Assembly: GCF_006345805.1 (NCBI RefSeq) | Contig: NC_043022.1 | Span: 6,882,001-6,946,000 of the forward strand | Direction of reading: 5' to 3' | Length of the DNA: 64,000 bases | From: Octopus sinensis | Taxonomy: Eukaryota | Program-made: the position numbers and the translations under genes | Shown here: in pieces, positions 38,046 to 51,749 of the stretch | Numbering within the stretch: the first letter of the stretch is position 1 | Layout: the number at the start of each line of letters is the position of its first letter | Notes under the pieces: model-generated | The model's input: the letters and a program-made list of their open reading frames with translations, nothing else | Told to the model about the DNA's origin: nothing | Database searches by the model: none

Positions 38046-39765
38046 GCCCTGCCTGTGCCCCTATAATTTTACGTTTCTTCAGTTTTATTTCTAAATATGG
38101 CAGAATTATTCTGTGAAGATAAAATAAATGAAATAATTGATTTAATGAGGTTTAATTAGAAATAACTTGTTAATTCTCCACATATGGCCATCACTTCTCA
38201 TGTCCTTCATCCATTACACATCATAATGCAGTTGTTCCAAAAATTCTTTATACTCCAAGCCCTATTATCCTGCCCTCTAATTTGCTCCTTATATTCCATA
38301 TATTACACTACAAATTGATATATATATATATTCACATACACACACACCTGTATATATGTTACTACCTACCTTATCTCTCTTCGTTTTCTGCCTTTATCAA
38401 CCATTATATCTTCATACGCACACCCTCTCCCATCCTCTTTGCAAATTTTTCTCTCTCTCTCTCTCTTGCTCTCTCCCTTTGAAAATCTCTCTCTTTTTCT
38501 ATTTATATACTTTTTTATCTGCCTTTCTCTCTGCTTTTTAAAAAAATCTAAATCTATTCTTTTTTCTCTGTTTTTGTCCCGCCTCTCTCTCTCTCTCTCT
38601 CTCTCTCTCCCCTCCATCCCTCCTCTCTAGCATGGAGCTAGTCACAGTCACCTATGTATGACACCAGTTCTATAAAGATTAACTTCTCTCCCTCTCCACT
38701 TCCTCCCCCTCCTGGTTACTGCTTCCTCCATAATTTGGTCAACTAAACCCTTAACAAAACAACACAATACTAGATTGTCCTCCTCTTCCTCCTCAAAATA
38801 CTGACACACCTGCTCTACCTTCAACAATTTACCTTCTCTCTTTCATTGCATACACACCTGTCACTCATTACATATACACCTGTCCAGCATAGGTGTCTGT
38901 AGTGCAATGGGAAAATCGGTAGAGCGTGAAACAAAATGCCTTGTGCTGTTTCTGTTTCATTCCTTGTCCTTTCTGTTCTGAGGTAAAAATTTACGGTTCC
39001 AACTATTTGGAATGTTGATAAAAAAGACCCCCACCTGGTAAATAAATTGGCAGCAGGTTAATTAAAAGTGTTGATCTATTGCAAGATGCAGTGAGCAAGC
39101 AATGGGAAGGAACAAGTGCTCCACCCATCCATGGGGTTAGGACATCAAGTAGACATGCATCAGATGGAAATCCCTACCATCACATCAGTACCCCACTGTA
39201 AAAACCACCCTGTACGTAGTGCCAATACTTAAGAATATTCTACATACATGCATTACATACACACACACATATATATACACACACATATACATACATACAT
39301 ATATTCATATATACATACTCTTGGAGTGGTTGGTGTTAGGAAGGGCATCCAGCTGTAGAAACTCTGCCAGATCAAGATTGGAGCTTGGTGCAGCCATCTG
39401 GTTTGCCAGACCTCAGTCAATATCGTCCAACCCATGCTAGCATGGAAAGTGGACGTTAAACGATGATGATGATGATCATACATACATATTGATGATGGTG
39501 ACATATCTTTTATCTTTTGCTTGTTTCGGTCATTAGACTTTGGCCTTGCTGGGGCACTGCCTTGGAAAATTTTAGGCCAAATGAATCGACCCCAATACTT
39601 CTTTTTTTTTTTTTTTTTTGAAGCCTGGCACTTATTCTATTGGTCTCTTCTGCTGAACTGCTAAGTTACAGGAATGTAAACACACCAATGCCAGTTGTCA
39701 AGTGGTGGTGGATGAACATAGACACAAAAACACACACACACAGATATGTGTGTGTGTGTGTGTGC

Positions 39766-39811
<46 letters not shown>

Positions 39812-40018
39812 AACACGACAGGCTTCTTTCAGTTTCTGCTTACCAAATCCACTCACAAGACCTTGGTTGGCTCAAGACCAATATCAAGACACTTGCCCAA
39901 GGTGTCACATAGTGGGACTGAACCCGGAGCCATTTGGTTGAGGAGCAAGCTTCTTACCACACAGCCACCCTGCACCTGTTTTTACCCTGTGTATGTATGT
40001 TGGTGTTCTTATGTCCAA

Positions 40019-40406
40019 TCTATATATATAAAGCCGAAGTTGTCTGTGTATGGCAGGTTTGGTAGACTTCAACTAACACTATCTCCTCCGAGACCTTGCG
40101 GTGCAAGTTGACCAAACTTGAGAGTATTATAGAAGGCTTGCTCTTCATTCTGTAGAAGATAAAATTCAAATCGGACCATGTTAACACCAAAAATTATTTA
40201 CATCAAAAAGGTGCTTTTTTCTACGAAAATCCCTTTTTCTTAAACGATTTTTTTACTGCTGTGTTGCCATTTTGCGGTGTATTTCAACCAGAAAAATGTT
40301 CACTTAAAGAGAATAACAAGCTACACAATGCAAAACTTTTACTTTTCAAAAATTCCAATTCTAAAGGGTTGAAACAAACCCAAGCTACGCCAGGCGATAC
40401 TGCTAG
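40019..40406 (+). mobile_element. Non-autonomous Helitron (second subfamily)
   Basis: A|TCTATATATATAAA ... CCCAAGCTACGCCAGGCGATACTGCTAG|T. Confidence 0.75.
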
Positions 40407-40602
40407 TTATAATAAAAACCAATTTTACTATAATCTGCTAGGTTACTCCATGCTATTCATTGAGTACAAATTTATTCTTCTTAAACAAGAATGGTATTGA
40501 CAGGGACTTTGAAATTTTTCTAAAGGTAGGCCATTGTTTGATTCTCATTGATGGAACTTCATGTCACTGTCAGTAATGTTTTCGTTCAAGAATAATTATA
40601 TC

Positions 40603-40988
40603 TACTCTTTTACTCTTTTACTTGTTTCAGTCATTTGACTGCGGCCATGCTGGAGCACCGCCTTTAATCGAGCAATTCGATCCCGGGACTTATTCTTTTG
40701 TAAGCTCAGTACTTATTCTATCGGTCTCTTTTGCCGAACCGCTAAGTAACGGGGACGTAAACACACCAGCATCGGTTGTCAAGCAATGCTAGGGGGACAC
40801 ACACAGACACACATACACTCATATATATATCATATATACGACGGGCTTCTTTCAGTTTCCGTCTACCAAATCCACTCACAGGGCTTTGGTCCCCGAGGCT
40901 ATAGCAGAAGACCTTGCCCAAGGTGCCACGCATGGAACTGAACCCGGAACCATGTGTTGGTAAACAAGCTACTTACCACACAGCCACT
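40603..40988 (-). mobile_element. SINE family A
   Basis: Colinear with 146-562. Confidence 0.9.
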
Positions 40989-41403
40989 ATTATATTTGGA
41001 GATGGTCATCTTTTGCCAATTAAATACATGCTCTGTTTATTTCATCTTCATTTTTTTTTTTATCGTTGTTGTTGTCGTCATCGTCGTCGTCATCGGCGGC
41101 GTCACGAAGGCAGTGAGATGGCTGAATAGTTTGCATGCTGGACAAAATGCTTGGTGGTATTTTGCCAAATTGCTATGTTCTGAGTTCAAATCCCACCGGG
41201 GTTGACTTTACCTTTCATCCTTTCGGAGTTGATAAATTAAGTACCAGTTGAGTACTGGAATCAATATAATTGACTTAACCGTCCCCCAAAATTTCAGGCC
41301 CTAAAGTAGAAAGGATTATTAAGATTAGCAATATCATATCTTTTCCACTACGATTCCCTAAAACTTGTGAACTACACAACCAATTTTATTCAAATTTTAC
41401 ACA

Positions 41404-41710
41404 TCATTTAGCGTCCGCTTTCCATGCTAGCATGGGTTGGACGGTTCAACTGGGGTCTGTGAAGCTGGAAGGCTTCGTTAGGCCCAGTCAGATCTAGCAG
41501 TGTTTCTACGGCTGGATGCCCTTCCTAACGCCAACCACTCCGTGGGTGTAGTGGGTGCTTTTTACGTGCCACCTGCACAGGTATCAGACAGTGCTGGCAA
41601 TCGGCCACGAACGGATGGTGCTTTTACGTGTCACCGGCATGGGGCCAGGCGATGCTGGCAACGGACAACGAACGGATGGTGCTTTTACGTGCCACCGGAC
41701 ACGGGGCCAT
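41404..41710 (-). mobile_element. SINE-like family D with shorter (about 58-bp) units
   Basis: Family D body plus repeated GGTGCTTTTACGTG(C/T)CACC. Confidence 0.8.
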
Positions 41711-41737
41711 ACATATATATACAGACTATATATATAT

Positions 41738-41779
<42 letters not shown>

Positions 41780-42275
41780 CTATATCTATGTATGTATTTA
41801 TATATGTATATTTGTCTTTATATATGTATATATATGTATTTTATTGTGTATATATATGTATTTATATATGTATATGTATATATGTATATATATATTTATA
41901 TGATATATATGTATTTATATATGTATACTGTATATAGGTATATATATGTTATTATATATGTATATATTATGTATTTATATATGTATTTAATATGTATATG
42001 TATATCTATATAATATATATATAGATATAGATATTTATTCTTTAGTATATATATATATATACACATGTATTTATATATGTATGTGTATATATAGATATAT
42101 ACATATATTAATAAATAAATAAATAAATATTTATATATATAGTATATATATAGATATATATATATATATAAATTATATATATATGGTATATATGTATATA
42201 TTATGTAAGCCTCATGCTGACCAAAGCTTTGTGAGTGGATTTTGTATATGGAAACTGAAAGAAGGCTGTTGTGTA

Positions 42276-42650
42276 TCTCTCTCTATATAAACGGCAGTTT
42301 GTCTGTGCGTTTTCTGTGTGTCTGTTTTCTCGTACCCTCACTCTGCCCACGGCTTTTAACAGACTTCTGATGAAACTTGACACACACATAGCCACCATGT
42401 CATATTCAAACGAAGCAGCGAAAAATTTGAAAAGTTCCCCAGTTCCTGAAAAAAATCGATAAATTCGACATGGGGTCGAGAATCAGAACCCAAACCAAGA
42501 CCGTCTAGGGACGCAACTCCACCTTTTTAACTCAAAAAAATTTACCATAATTTTTTTTTCCATTTTTGCTATTTTTTGGCTATAACTCTCTAAAAATGCT
42601 TTATAGTTATTTCCCTTACAAACCTGAGCAACGCAGGGCGATACTGCTAG
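42276..42650 (+). mobile_element. Non-autonomous Helitron inserted in a SINE A copy (about 42205-42860)
   Basis: A|TCTCTCTCTATATAAACGGC ... hairpin ... ACTGCTAG|T. Confidence 0.82.
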
Positions 42651-43253
42651 TATGTCTATATTTATGTGTGTGTCTGTATTTGTGCCCCCACCATTGCTTG
42701 ACAACTGGTGTTGCTTTGTTTATGTCTCTGTAAATTAGCAGTTCGGTAAAAGACACCAATAGAATAAGTACTAAGCTTACAAGGAATAAATCCTGGGGTC
42801 GATATCTGTTTAACTAAAGGCTGTCCTGTAGCGTGGCCACAGTCACATGACTGAAACAAGTTAGCAATAAAAAAATATGCTATTTTCATCCTGGGCAACA
42901 CTGGGCATCTCTGCTAGCATAATATATATATATATATAAGCACTACAACCATTTACCTCTGATGTAAAATGTACTTTAACTGGTACTCCCCCCCCCAAAT
43001 GAGGGGCTGCTCTTTTGTCCTTCTTACTCCTCGTCCCTCTGTTGCTTTACCAATACCACCACCACCACCACCACCACCACCACCAGCATCATCAGGAAGC
43101 GTCTACATTGTTACCGAACCTGCTAGAAATAGCAGCTATATTTGCTTCAACTCACATCATGCCATCTGAGGAAAAGAGGGATGCACCATTGGTGGATGTA
43201 GATCTAGATACACGATTCCTGTAACAATAAATAATATAAAAATAAAGCTGGGA

Positions 43254-43668
43254 TTACTCTTTTACTCTTTTACTTGTTTCAGTCATTTGACTGCGGCCAT
43301 GCTGGAGCACCGCCTTATTCGAAGCAAATCTACCCCAGGACTTATTCTTTTGTAAGCCAGTACTTATTCTATCGGTCTCTTTTGCCGAACCGCTAAGTGA
43401 CGGGGACGTAAACACACACAGCATCGGTTGTCAAGCATGCTAGGGGGACAACACAGACACACAAACACCACATATATATATATACAGTATATATATTACA
43501 TATATAAACAGGCTTCTTTCAGTTTCCGTTTACCAAATCCACTCACAAGTCATTGGTTGGCCCGGGGCTATAGCAGAAGACACTTGCCCAAGATGCCACG
43601 CAGTGGGACTGAACCCGGAACCATGTGGTTGGTTAGCAAGCTACTTACCACACAGCCACTCCTGCGCC
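43254..43668 (-). mobile_element. SINE family A, full length
   Basis: Colinear with 146-562. Confidence 0.9.
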
Positions 43669-44479
43669 TATGTTTTTCTTTGACGTTCGGGCAGCTGGAT
43701 GAAACCAGACCTGGGGTTAAATAGCAACAACAACAACAACACAACTGCCTCTGGAATATTTTCTGTTTGAAATGTAAATATTAATGTTTGGTTCGTTTCT
43801 ATATCAGGGTAGATGTTGGTGTTTGTATATCAGGGTAGCTTTGGTTCCCAGATATCAGGGTAGATTATATAGTGTGGTGGATGGGGGGGGGGGAGAATGA
43901 GAGAGAGAGTAAAGAGGAAGGAGATGGTGAGGGAGGGTGTGAGAAGAGGTGGAGAAAGAGTAAGAGAAGAAGGAATGATGGGGAAAAAATATATATAGAG
44001 GGAGGGAGAGGGATGGTAAGAGATGAGATGAAAAGGGAGTGAGAAGTAGGAGGAAAGAGTGGGAGGGTAAAGAGGAGGCAGATACAGTGAAGGCAGGTAT
44101 GAGAAGAGGTGGGGAATGGGGGGAGTGAAAGGGATGGTAAAAGATGAGAAAACGAAGGGGTAGTGATAGATAGGAAGTGGTAGGAGGGGAGAGAGGAAGA
44201 GAGAAGATATTAAACACCTCTCCCCACCCTGTCTCTCTTTCTCTCTCAAACCATTTCTGTAATGAATTGGTTTCAAATTTTTGCACAAGGCCAGCAATTT
44301 CGCCGAAGAGGCTGAATTGACTCCATTGACCCTGAAAAGATGAAAGTCGATTTTGGTGACATTTGAACTCAAAATGTAAAGAGGCATGAAATGGCGCTAA
44401 GCATTTTGCCTGGCAAATGAACAACTCTACCAGCTTGCTGCCTTAAATAATAATAATAATAATAATAATAATAAGTACA

Positions 44480-44975
44480 TTGGTTTGTCTTGGTATAAAA
44501 GATGGGCTACAGCAAATATTCTGCTCAATACCACAGATTTGCTTGTCAGTTGTTTGACCTTAACCAGTTGAGCATGTCCCTTTGTGGCTGATTTATATGT
44601 GCATCTCTGATCATGAGCAGAAGTAGTGGGGGAGCATCATAGCCATGTGTTGAGAGGGATTCTTTGGGGTTTGAATAATTCACCTCTGGAAACATGGGTG
44701 GTTCTTTCAACATCCTTAAACAACAGGGACCTTTTGAGTGGGATGGGCTACTCAACCTGAAGAAAATTCTAACTGGGCCCCACCTGGAAGGTCATGTGCT
44801 GTTTATCTTGATATGAGATCACCATGTCGCGCACATATGGTTGTGATGCATGTGCCTGGTGTACCCTTATCAGACGGGTAGTCATGATGGGTATATTGGG
44901 CTTCGTATATTTTACCCCAGTGTCACTTTGATGGCATGCACTGCTCTCTCACTCAATAATAATAATAATAATAAT
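44480..44975. mobile_element. Interspersed repeat family E within an (AAT)n tract
   Basis: Reverse complement of 21722-22190. Confidence 0.8.
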
Positions 44976-45055
44976 GGTCCTTTCTAGTATTGGAACAAGG
45001 CCTGAAATTTTGTGGGTAAGGGGCGAGTTGATTACCCTGACCCCAGTACACAACT

Positions 45056-46278
45056 GGTATTTGATCAGTTAACCCTGAAAGAATGAAAGGCTGCCTTTTG
45101 ATGCTTTTGGCAAGCTGGAAGTATTTTGTCTGCTGCTATGTTCTGAGTTCAAATTCTGCTGAGGTCAACTTTGCCTTTCATCCTTTGGGGGGGGGGGGTT
45201 GATAAATTAAGTACCAGTTACACATTGGGGTGGATGTCATCGACTTAATCCCTTTGTCTGTCCTTGTTTATCCCCTCTGTGTTTAGCCCCCTGCAAGCAA
45301 TAAAGAAATAAGTATTAGTGCTGATGATAATGGTTTGAAATTTTGGTACAAGGCCTGAAATTTCGAGGAAAGGAGTAAGTTGGTTACATCAACCCCAGTG
45401 TACAACTGGTATTTAATTTATGAGGCAGCGAGATGGCAGAAACGTTAGCGCGCCGGGCGAAATGTTTTACGGTATTTCGTCTTCCGTTACGTTCTGAGTT
45501 CAAATTCCGCCGAGGTCGACTTTGCCTTTCATCCTTTCGGGGTCGATAAATTAAGTACCAGTTATGCACTGGGGTTGATGTAATCGACTTAATACCTATG
45601 TCTGTCCTTGTTTGTCCCCTCTGTGTTTAGCCCCTTGTGGGTAATAAAGAAATAGGTATTTGATCAGTTAACCCTGAAAGAATGAAAGGCTGCCTTTTGA
45701 TGCTTTTGGCAAGCTGGAAGTATTTCGTCTGCTGCTATGTTCTGAGTTCAAATTCTGCTGAGGTCAACTTTGCCTTTCATCCTTTGGGGGTTGATAAATG
45801 AAGTACCAGTTACACATTGGGGTGGATGTCATCAACTTAATCCCTTTGTCTGTCCTTGTTTATCCCCTCTGTGTTTAGCCCCCTGCAAGCAATAAAGAAA
45901 TAAATATTAGTGCTGATGATAATGGTTTGAAATTTTGGTACAAGGCCTGAAATTTCGAGGAAAGGAGTAAGTTGGTTACATCAACCCCAGTGTACAACTG
46001 GTATTTAATTTATCAGTGTACAACTGGTATTTAATTTATGAGGCGGCGAGATGGCAGAAACGTTAGCGCGCCGGGCGAAATGCTTTACAGTATTTCATCT
46101 GCCGTTACGTTCTGAGTTCAAATTCCGCCGAGGTCGACTTTGCCTTTCATCCTTTCGGGGTCGATGAATTAAGTACCAGTTACGCACTGGGGTCAATGTA
46201 ATCGACTTAATACCTATGTCTGTCCTTGTTTGTCCCCTCTATGTTTAGCCCCTTGTGGGTAATAAAGAAATAGGTATT
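45056..46278. repeat. About 600-bp tandem duplication of nested SINE B copies
   Basis: GGTATTTGATCAGTTAACCCTG at 45056 and 45655; each unit holds an old and a young SINE B. Confidence 0.88.
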
Positions 46279-46633
46279 TAATTTATCAACCCCAAAATAA
46301 TGAAGGACCTAAGTCAATCTTGGTGGGATTTGAATTCAGAGCATGAAGCCAGAGGAAATGCCGCTAAGCATTTCGCCTGCCATTCTAACGAATCTGCCAA
46401 TTCTCCACCTTATCTCTCCAGAAGTAAATTAAACGATAATTAACAGCTGAACCTCTCATTCTCCTCCTTTCTCTCTCTACATCTGTTTCCCCATTTCTCC
46501 CTTCTCTCCCCACCCTTCATCTCTTGAGCATCTCCCAATATCTTCACCTTCCCTTTACCCCCTTTCTCTCTCTCTCTTTCTCTCAACCCTCCCTAGATTG
46601 AATGCTGTTGGACTTGCCCCTCTTTCTGTCCCT

Positions 46634-46745
46634 CTTCTCTCACTCTCACTCTTCTCTCACTCTCACTCTTCTCTCACTCTCACTCTTCTCTCACTCTCAC
46701 TCTTCTCTCACTCTCACTCTTCTCTCACTCTCACTCTTCTCTCTA
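46634..46745. repeat. 17-bp tandem repeat CTTCTCTCACTCTCACT (about 6 copies)
   Basis: Direct inspection. Confidence 0.9.
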
Positions 46746-46935
46746 ATAGGAAACTTACTCATCTTATAACCCCCCCTCCACATTAACCTTACACACTCAC
46801 ACACACACACACACACACACACCACACACACACCCACACCCACACCCACACACACGCCCACACACACACACAACTGGAATGTATAAAACTTTATATTTTC
46901 TATCACAAAATAAATATTTCATGATCTGGATTAGA

Positions 46936-47602
46936 TGTGTGTGTGTGTGATATTACATTGTGTGTGTGTGTGTGTGTGTGTTGTGTGTGTGTGATATTAC
47001 ATTGTGTGTGTGTGTGTGTGTGTGGTGTGTGTTGTGTGTGATATTACATTGTGTGTGTGGTGTGTTGTGTGTGTGATATTACATTGTGTGTGTGTGTGTG
47101 TGATATTACATTGTGTGTGTGGTGTGTGTGTGTGTGTGATATTACATTGTGTGTGTGTGATATTACATTGTGTGTGTGTGTGTGTGTGTGTGATATTACA
47201 TTGTGTGTTTGTGTGTGATATTACATTGGTGTGTGTTGTGATATTACATGTGTGTGTGTCTGTGATATTACATGTGTGTGTTTGTGTGTGTGTGATATTA
47301 CATTGTGTGTGTGTGTGTGTGTGTGGTGTGTGTTGTGTGTGATATTACATTGTGTGTGTGGTGTGTTGTGTGTGTGATATTACATTGTGTGTGTGTGTGT
47401 GTGATATTACATTGTGTGTGTGGTGTGTGTGTGTGTGTGATATTACATTGTGTGTGTGTGATATTACATTGTGTGTGTGTGTGTGTGTGTGTGATATTAC
47501 ATTGTGTGTTTGTGTGTGATATTACATTGTGTGTGTGTGTGTGATATTACATTGTGTGTGTGTGTGTGATATTACATTGTGTGTGTGTGTGTGTGATATT
47601 AC

Positions 47603-47639
<37 letters not shown>

Positions 47640-47790
47640 TATTACATTGTGTGTGTGTGTGTGTGTGTGATATTACATTGTGTGTGTGTGTGTGTGTGTG
47701 TGTGATATTACATTGTGTGTGTGTGTGTGTGTGATATTACATTGTGTGTGTGTGTGTGATATTACATTGTGTGTGTGTGTGTGATATTAC

Positions 47791-47823
<33 letters not shown>

Positions 47824-47837
47824 TATTACATTGTGTG
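46936..47837. repeat. Compound minisatellite GATATTACATT-(GT)n with a higher-order duplication
   Basis: More than 25 GATATTACAT cores with variable (GT)n spacers; the block at about 46990-47230 recurs at about 47290-47530. Confidence 0.92.
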
Positions 47838-48500
47838 CTTGTCTTTTATTCTTTGCCTGTTTCAGCCATTCGAGTATGACCAGGCTGGAGCACCACCTTG
47901 GAGAAATCGTAGCCAAATGAATTCAATCCCGGTACTTATTCTTCCTAAAGCCTGGTACTTTAATCTATCAGTTTCTTTTGGCTGAACTGCTAAGTCACAG
48001 AGACTTAAACAAACCAACACTGGTTATCATGTGGTAGGGGTGGGGAGACACACACACACACACACACACACACGTGTGATGGGCTTCTTTCAGTTTCTGT
48101 CTACCAAATCTACTCACGATGTTTTGGTCAGCTTGAGGTTATAGTAGAAAACACTTGCCCTGGGTGTCATGCAGTGGGACTGAACCTGGAACCATGTGGG
48201 TGGGAAGCAAGCTTCTTACCACACAGCCAGCCATGCCTGCGTCTGCGTGTATATGTGTGATACATAGCAATATGTGTGTGCTTATGAGTGAGACACTATA
48301 TTGCCTTCCGTTGTGCGTCTCTTATTGTATGTCTCTACCAATAACATTGATGTAATTGAGTGATCTTTGTCCCCTAATATGGTGTGGAATTGTCCAGAAT
48401 ATGACCATTCCATAGGGACTCTTGCTCACATCTGATAGCAGTGGACAAACAAACCCTACCCTGCCTTGAACAGCAACAATAATAGAGATGGGTAGAATAT

Positions 48501-48907
48501 TTTACTCTCTTTTACTCTTTTACTTGTTTCAGTCATTTGACTGCGGCCATGCTGGAGCACCGCCTTTAGTCGAGCAAATCGACCCCGGGACTTATTCTTT
48601 GTAAGCCCAGTACTTATTTTATCGGTCTCTTTTTGCCGAACCGCTAAGTAACGGGGACGTAAACACACCAGCATCGGTTGTCAAGCAATGCTAGGGGAAC
48701 AAACACAGACACACAAACATACACACACATACATATATATACAGATACACGACAGGCTTCTTTCAGTTTCCGTCTACCAAATCCACTCACAAGGCATTGG
48801 TTGGCCCGAGGCTATAGCAGAAGACACTTGCCCAAGATGCCACGCAGTGAGACTGAACCCGGAACCATGTGGTTGGTAAACAAGCTACTTACCATACAGC
48901 CACTCCT
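48501..48907 (-). mobile_element. SINE family A
   Basis: Colinear with 146-562. Confidence 0.9.
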
Positions 48908-49109
48908 AAATCTTTCCTTTGATCTTGCCTTCACAGACGTTTGGTGTATGGAAGGTCGAGGCCGGCTCGAAGTTCCTGCTTCCTGCCATTTTCCAGGTTT
49001 TCTCTATATTTCATGGCCCCCAAAGGAAGCCAGCTTTGTCGACATGTGAAGTAATTGATTGTCAAGTGACAAAAAGATGTGTGTGTGTGTGTGTGAATGT
49101 ATGTATGTG

Positions 49110-49437
49110 AGGGCGTGTGACTTAGTGGTAAGAGTATTAGGATCATGATGCAAAGGTCATGAGTTCAATCCCTGGTGGTGCATTGTGTCCTTGAGCAAGA
49201 CACTTTATTTTCACATTGCTCCAGTTCACACAACTGGTGAAAACAAGTTGTACATGTAATTCAAAAGGGGCCAGCCTTGTCACATTCTGTGTCATGGCTG
49301 AATGACCCTGAGAGAACTCTGTTAAGGGTACGTATGTCTGTGGAGTACTCGGCCACTTGCATGTTAATTTCATGAGCAGGCTGTTTCAGTGATTGGATCA
49401 ACTGGAACGCATGCTGTTGTAATCAATGGAGTGCCAG
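49110..49437 (+). mobile_element. Old SINE family C-related copy
   Basis: tRNA-like head with GAGTTCAATCCC; 3' half shared with 11388-11770. Confidence 0.75.
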
Positions 49438-49440
49438 TTT

Positions 49441-49475
<35 letters not shown>

Positions 49476-49829
49476 ACCTATGGACATATATAAAAAAAAA
49501 TAATGACCAAAACAAAAACTTATCCCCACCCACCACCCAACTATTCACTCTTAATAGTACAATAGATTGTAGCACAGTAGTAGTAGTGGTGGTAGGAGAT
49601 ATTTTTTAGTGTTGTTATTTTTTATCCTAATCCTCAGTGATTAACTCAAGATTAACTGATTTAGTGTGTGGGTGTGTGTGTGTGCATGCATATGTGAATG
49701 TGTATGTCTGCAAAGGTATGTATATATATATGTATGTGTGTGTGTGAGTGTATGCATGTGGAAGTGTGTGTGGGTGTCATAATCTACACATGAGTTGGAG
49801 TTCAGCTGTTTTCTTACTTCTCGTAACTG

Positions 49830-50035
49830 TGCCCATCCATCCTTCCAGCCATCCATCTTCTCCAGCAACTGTTTCTTGGGTAGAGTCCTCAGGCCCCACC
49901 TCCATACAGTCCTATCAGAAGCAACCATCATTACACTTCCCTGCTGAATTCCCAATTGTAACGAAGCCGAGACTTTGGACATTGCCCAGCCGTCTCATTC
50001 TTGGTCTACCCCTTCGTCTCCTGCTGGTTAGAATT
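49830..50035 (-). mobile_element. Decayed RTE-like LINE 3' end
   Basis: Minus strand RRRGRPRMRRLGNV...ASDRTVWR; GGAT-type tail. Confidence 0.5.
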
Positions 50036-50728
50036 TATCTTTTGATTCTTTCCTATGATGTTCTAATCATGTGTCTGATTAAACCTGGAGAGACTCCCTG
50101 ATCTTGAAGCTATGCATGGTATATATTCACCTCTCCTTCCTCCTCGCTTTTCATGAACTATGCACACCTCATGCAATAATTTCATCAATTGGATCTCCTG
50201 GATTTCTGCTGCATAGAATTCTACATTATGCTCCTTTGTATTGGATTACTATGTAGTCTGGTAGCCAGGTCCAGTAGTGGAGCTTTCTGTGATGGCCACA
50301 TAATTCTGTGAATACATGTATTGCCCAACAAATTTGTACATACATATATAAAGACCCCCTTTGGTCATGAATGACTATGGGATTGCACCTAGAAAGTTCC
50401 CCTCCAAGGCACAATCTGGGCAAGGTTTTTTATGGAAGACCAGATATTATCCAAGGGAAATGCAAAGGGACCAATACAGCTTGCCATCAGTGATGTCGCA
50501 ACTCATTTCTACAGATGAGTGAACTGGAAAGAGACCCTGTGAGACCTTTCACAACAGGGTGCTGTCTGCTCTCATGGAATTAATTGGAGCAAGTAAGACC
50601 AAAAGCGCTGAGAAGTAAAATAATAATAATCCTTTATAGGCACAAGGCTTGAAATGTTGTGGGACCCCAGTACATTGACCCCAGTACTTATCTTAATGAC
50701 TCTGAAAGAATGAAAGGCAAAGTTATCC

Positions 50729-51128
50729 TTTTTCTTTTACTTGTTTCAGTCATTTGACTGTGGCCATGCTGGAGCACCACCTTTAGTCGAGCAACTCGAC
50801 CCCGGGACTTATTCTTTTTGTAAGCCCAGTACTTATTCTATCGGTCTCTTTTTGCCGAACCGCTAAGTGACGGGGACGTAAACACACCAGCATCGGTTGT
50901 CAAGCAATGCTAGGGGAACAAACACAGACCCACATACACACACATATACATATATATATATATATACGACAGGCTTCTTTCAGTTTCCATCTACCAAATC
51001 ACTCACAAGGCATTGGTTGGCCCGGGGCTATAGCAGAAGACACTTGCCCAAGATGCCACGCAGTGGGACTGAACCCGGAACCATGTGGTAGGTAAACAAG
51101 CTACTTACCACACAGCCACTCCTGCGCC
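50729..51128 (-). mobile_element. SINE family A nested in a SINE B copy
   Basis: SINE B sequence on both sides (about 50630-50728 and 51129-51220). Confidence 0.88.
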
Positions 51129-51687
51129 TTGGCAGAATTTGAACTCAGAATGTAAGGACGGATAAAATGCCGCTAAGTATTTTGCCTGGTGTGCTAACAA
51201 TTCTGCCAGCTTGCCACCTTAATAATAATAATAATGATAATAATAATAATAATAATAATGTTCTGTTTGTCCTGACCTGTGTTTCAGTGTTTGGCTTTAA
51301 GTAGCCTTAACTATGGAACTGCATAAAAGCCATAATGAAAATTGTTACAATAATCCTTTCTAATTTTGGCACAAGGCCAACAATTTTTAAGGGAGGGTGC
51401 AAATTGATTACTTTGACCCCCACCCTCCAGTGTTTGACTAGTGTTTTAATTTATTGACCCCAAAACGATTAAGGGCAATGTTGACTTTGGCTCCTTAATA
51501 ATGTTCTGAAAGTTTGGAAATTTCCAAATGAAGATAGCTTTTAGAAAATGTGTATATAGTTAATGTATTGTGTATATGATTAGTATATTTAATTGCATAT
51601 TTAATTACAGAAAAAATATTGCAGATTTAATTACAAGTCTTTTTAAAACTGAAACTATTAAAAACACCCCATTTTTTACGAAAATAT

Positions 51688-51749
51688 GTTCTCTTTCTTT
51701 TCAGGTGAGTGGTTTTAACTTCTGTACAACTGATGTGGTTTTGGTGAGG
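51688..51749 (+). promoter_or_regulatory. Candidate recursive splice site (CAG|GTGAGT) with 39-nt RS-exon
   Basis: Polypyrimidine tract TTCTCTTTCTTTTCAG directly followed by consensus donor GTGAGT (51705); second donor TTG|GTGAGG at 51744. Confidence 0.4.
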
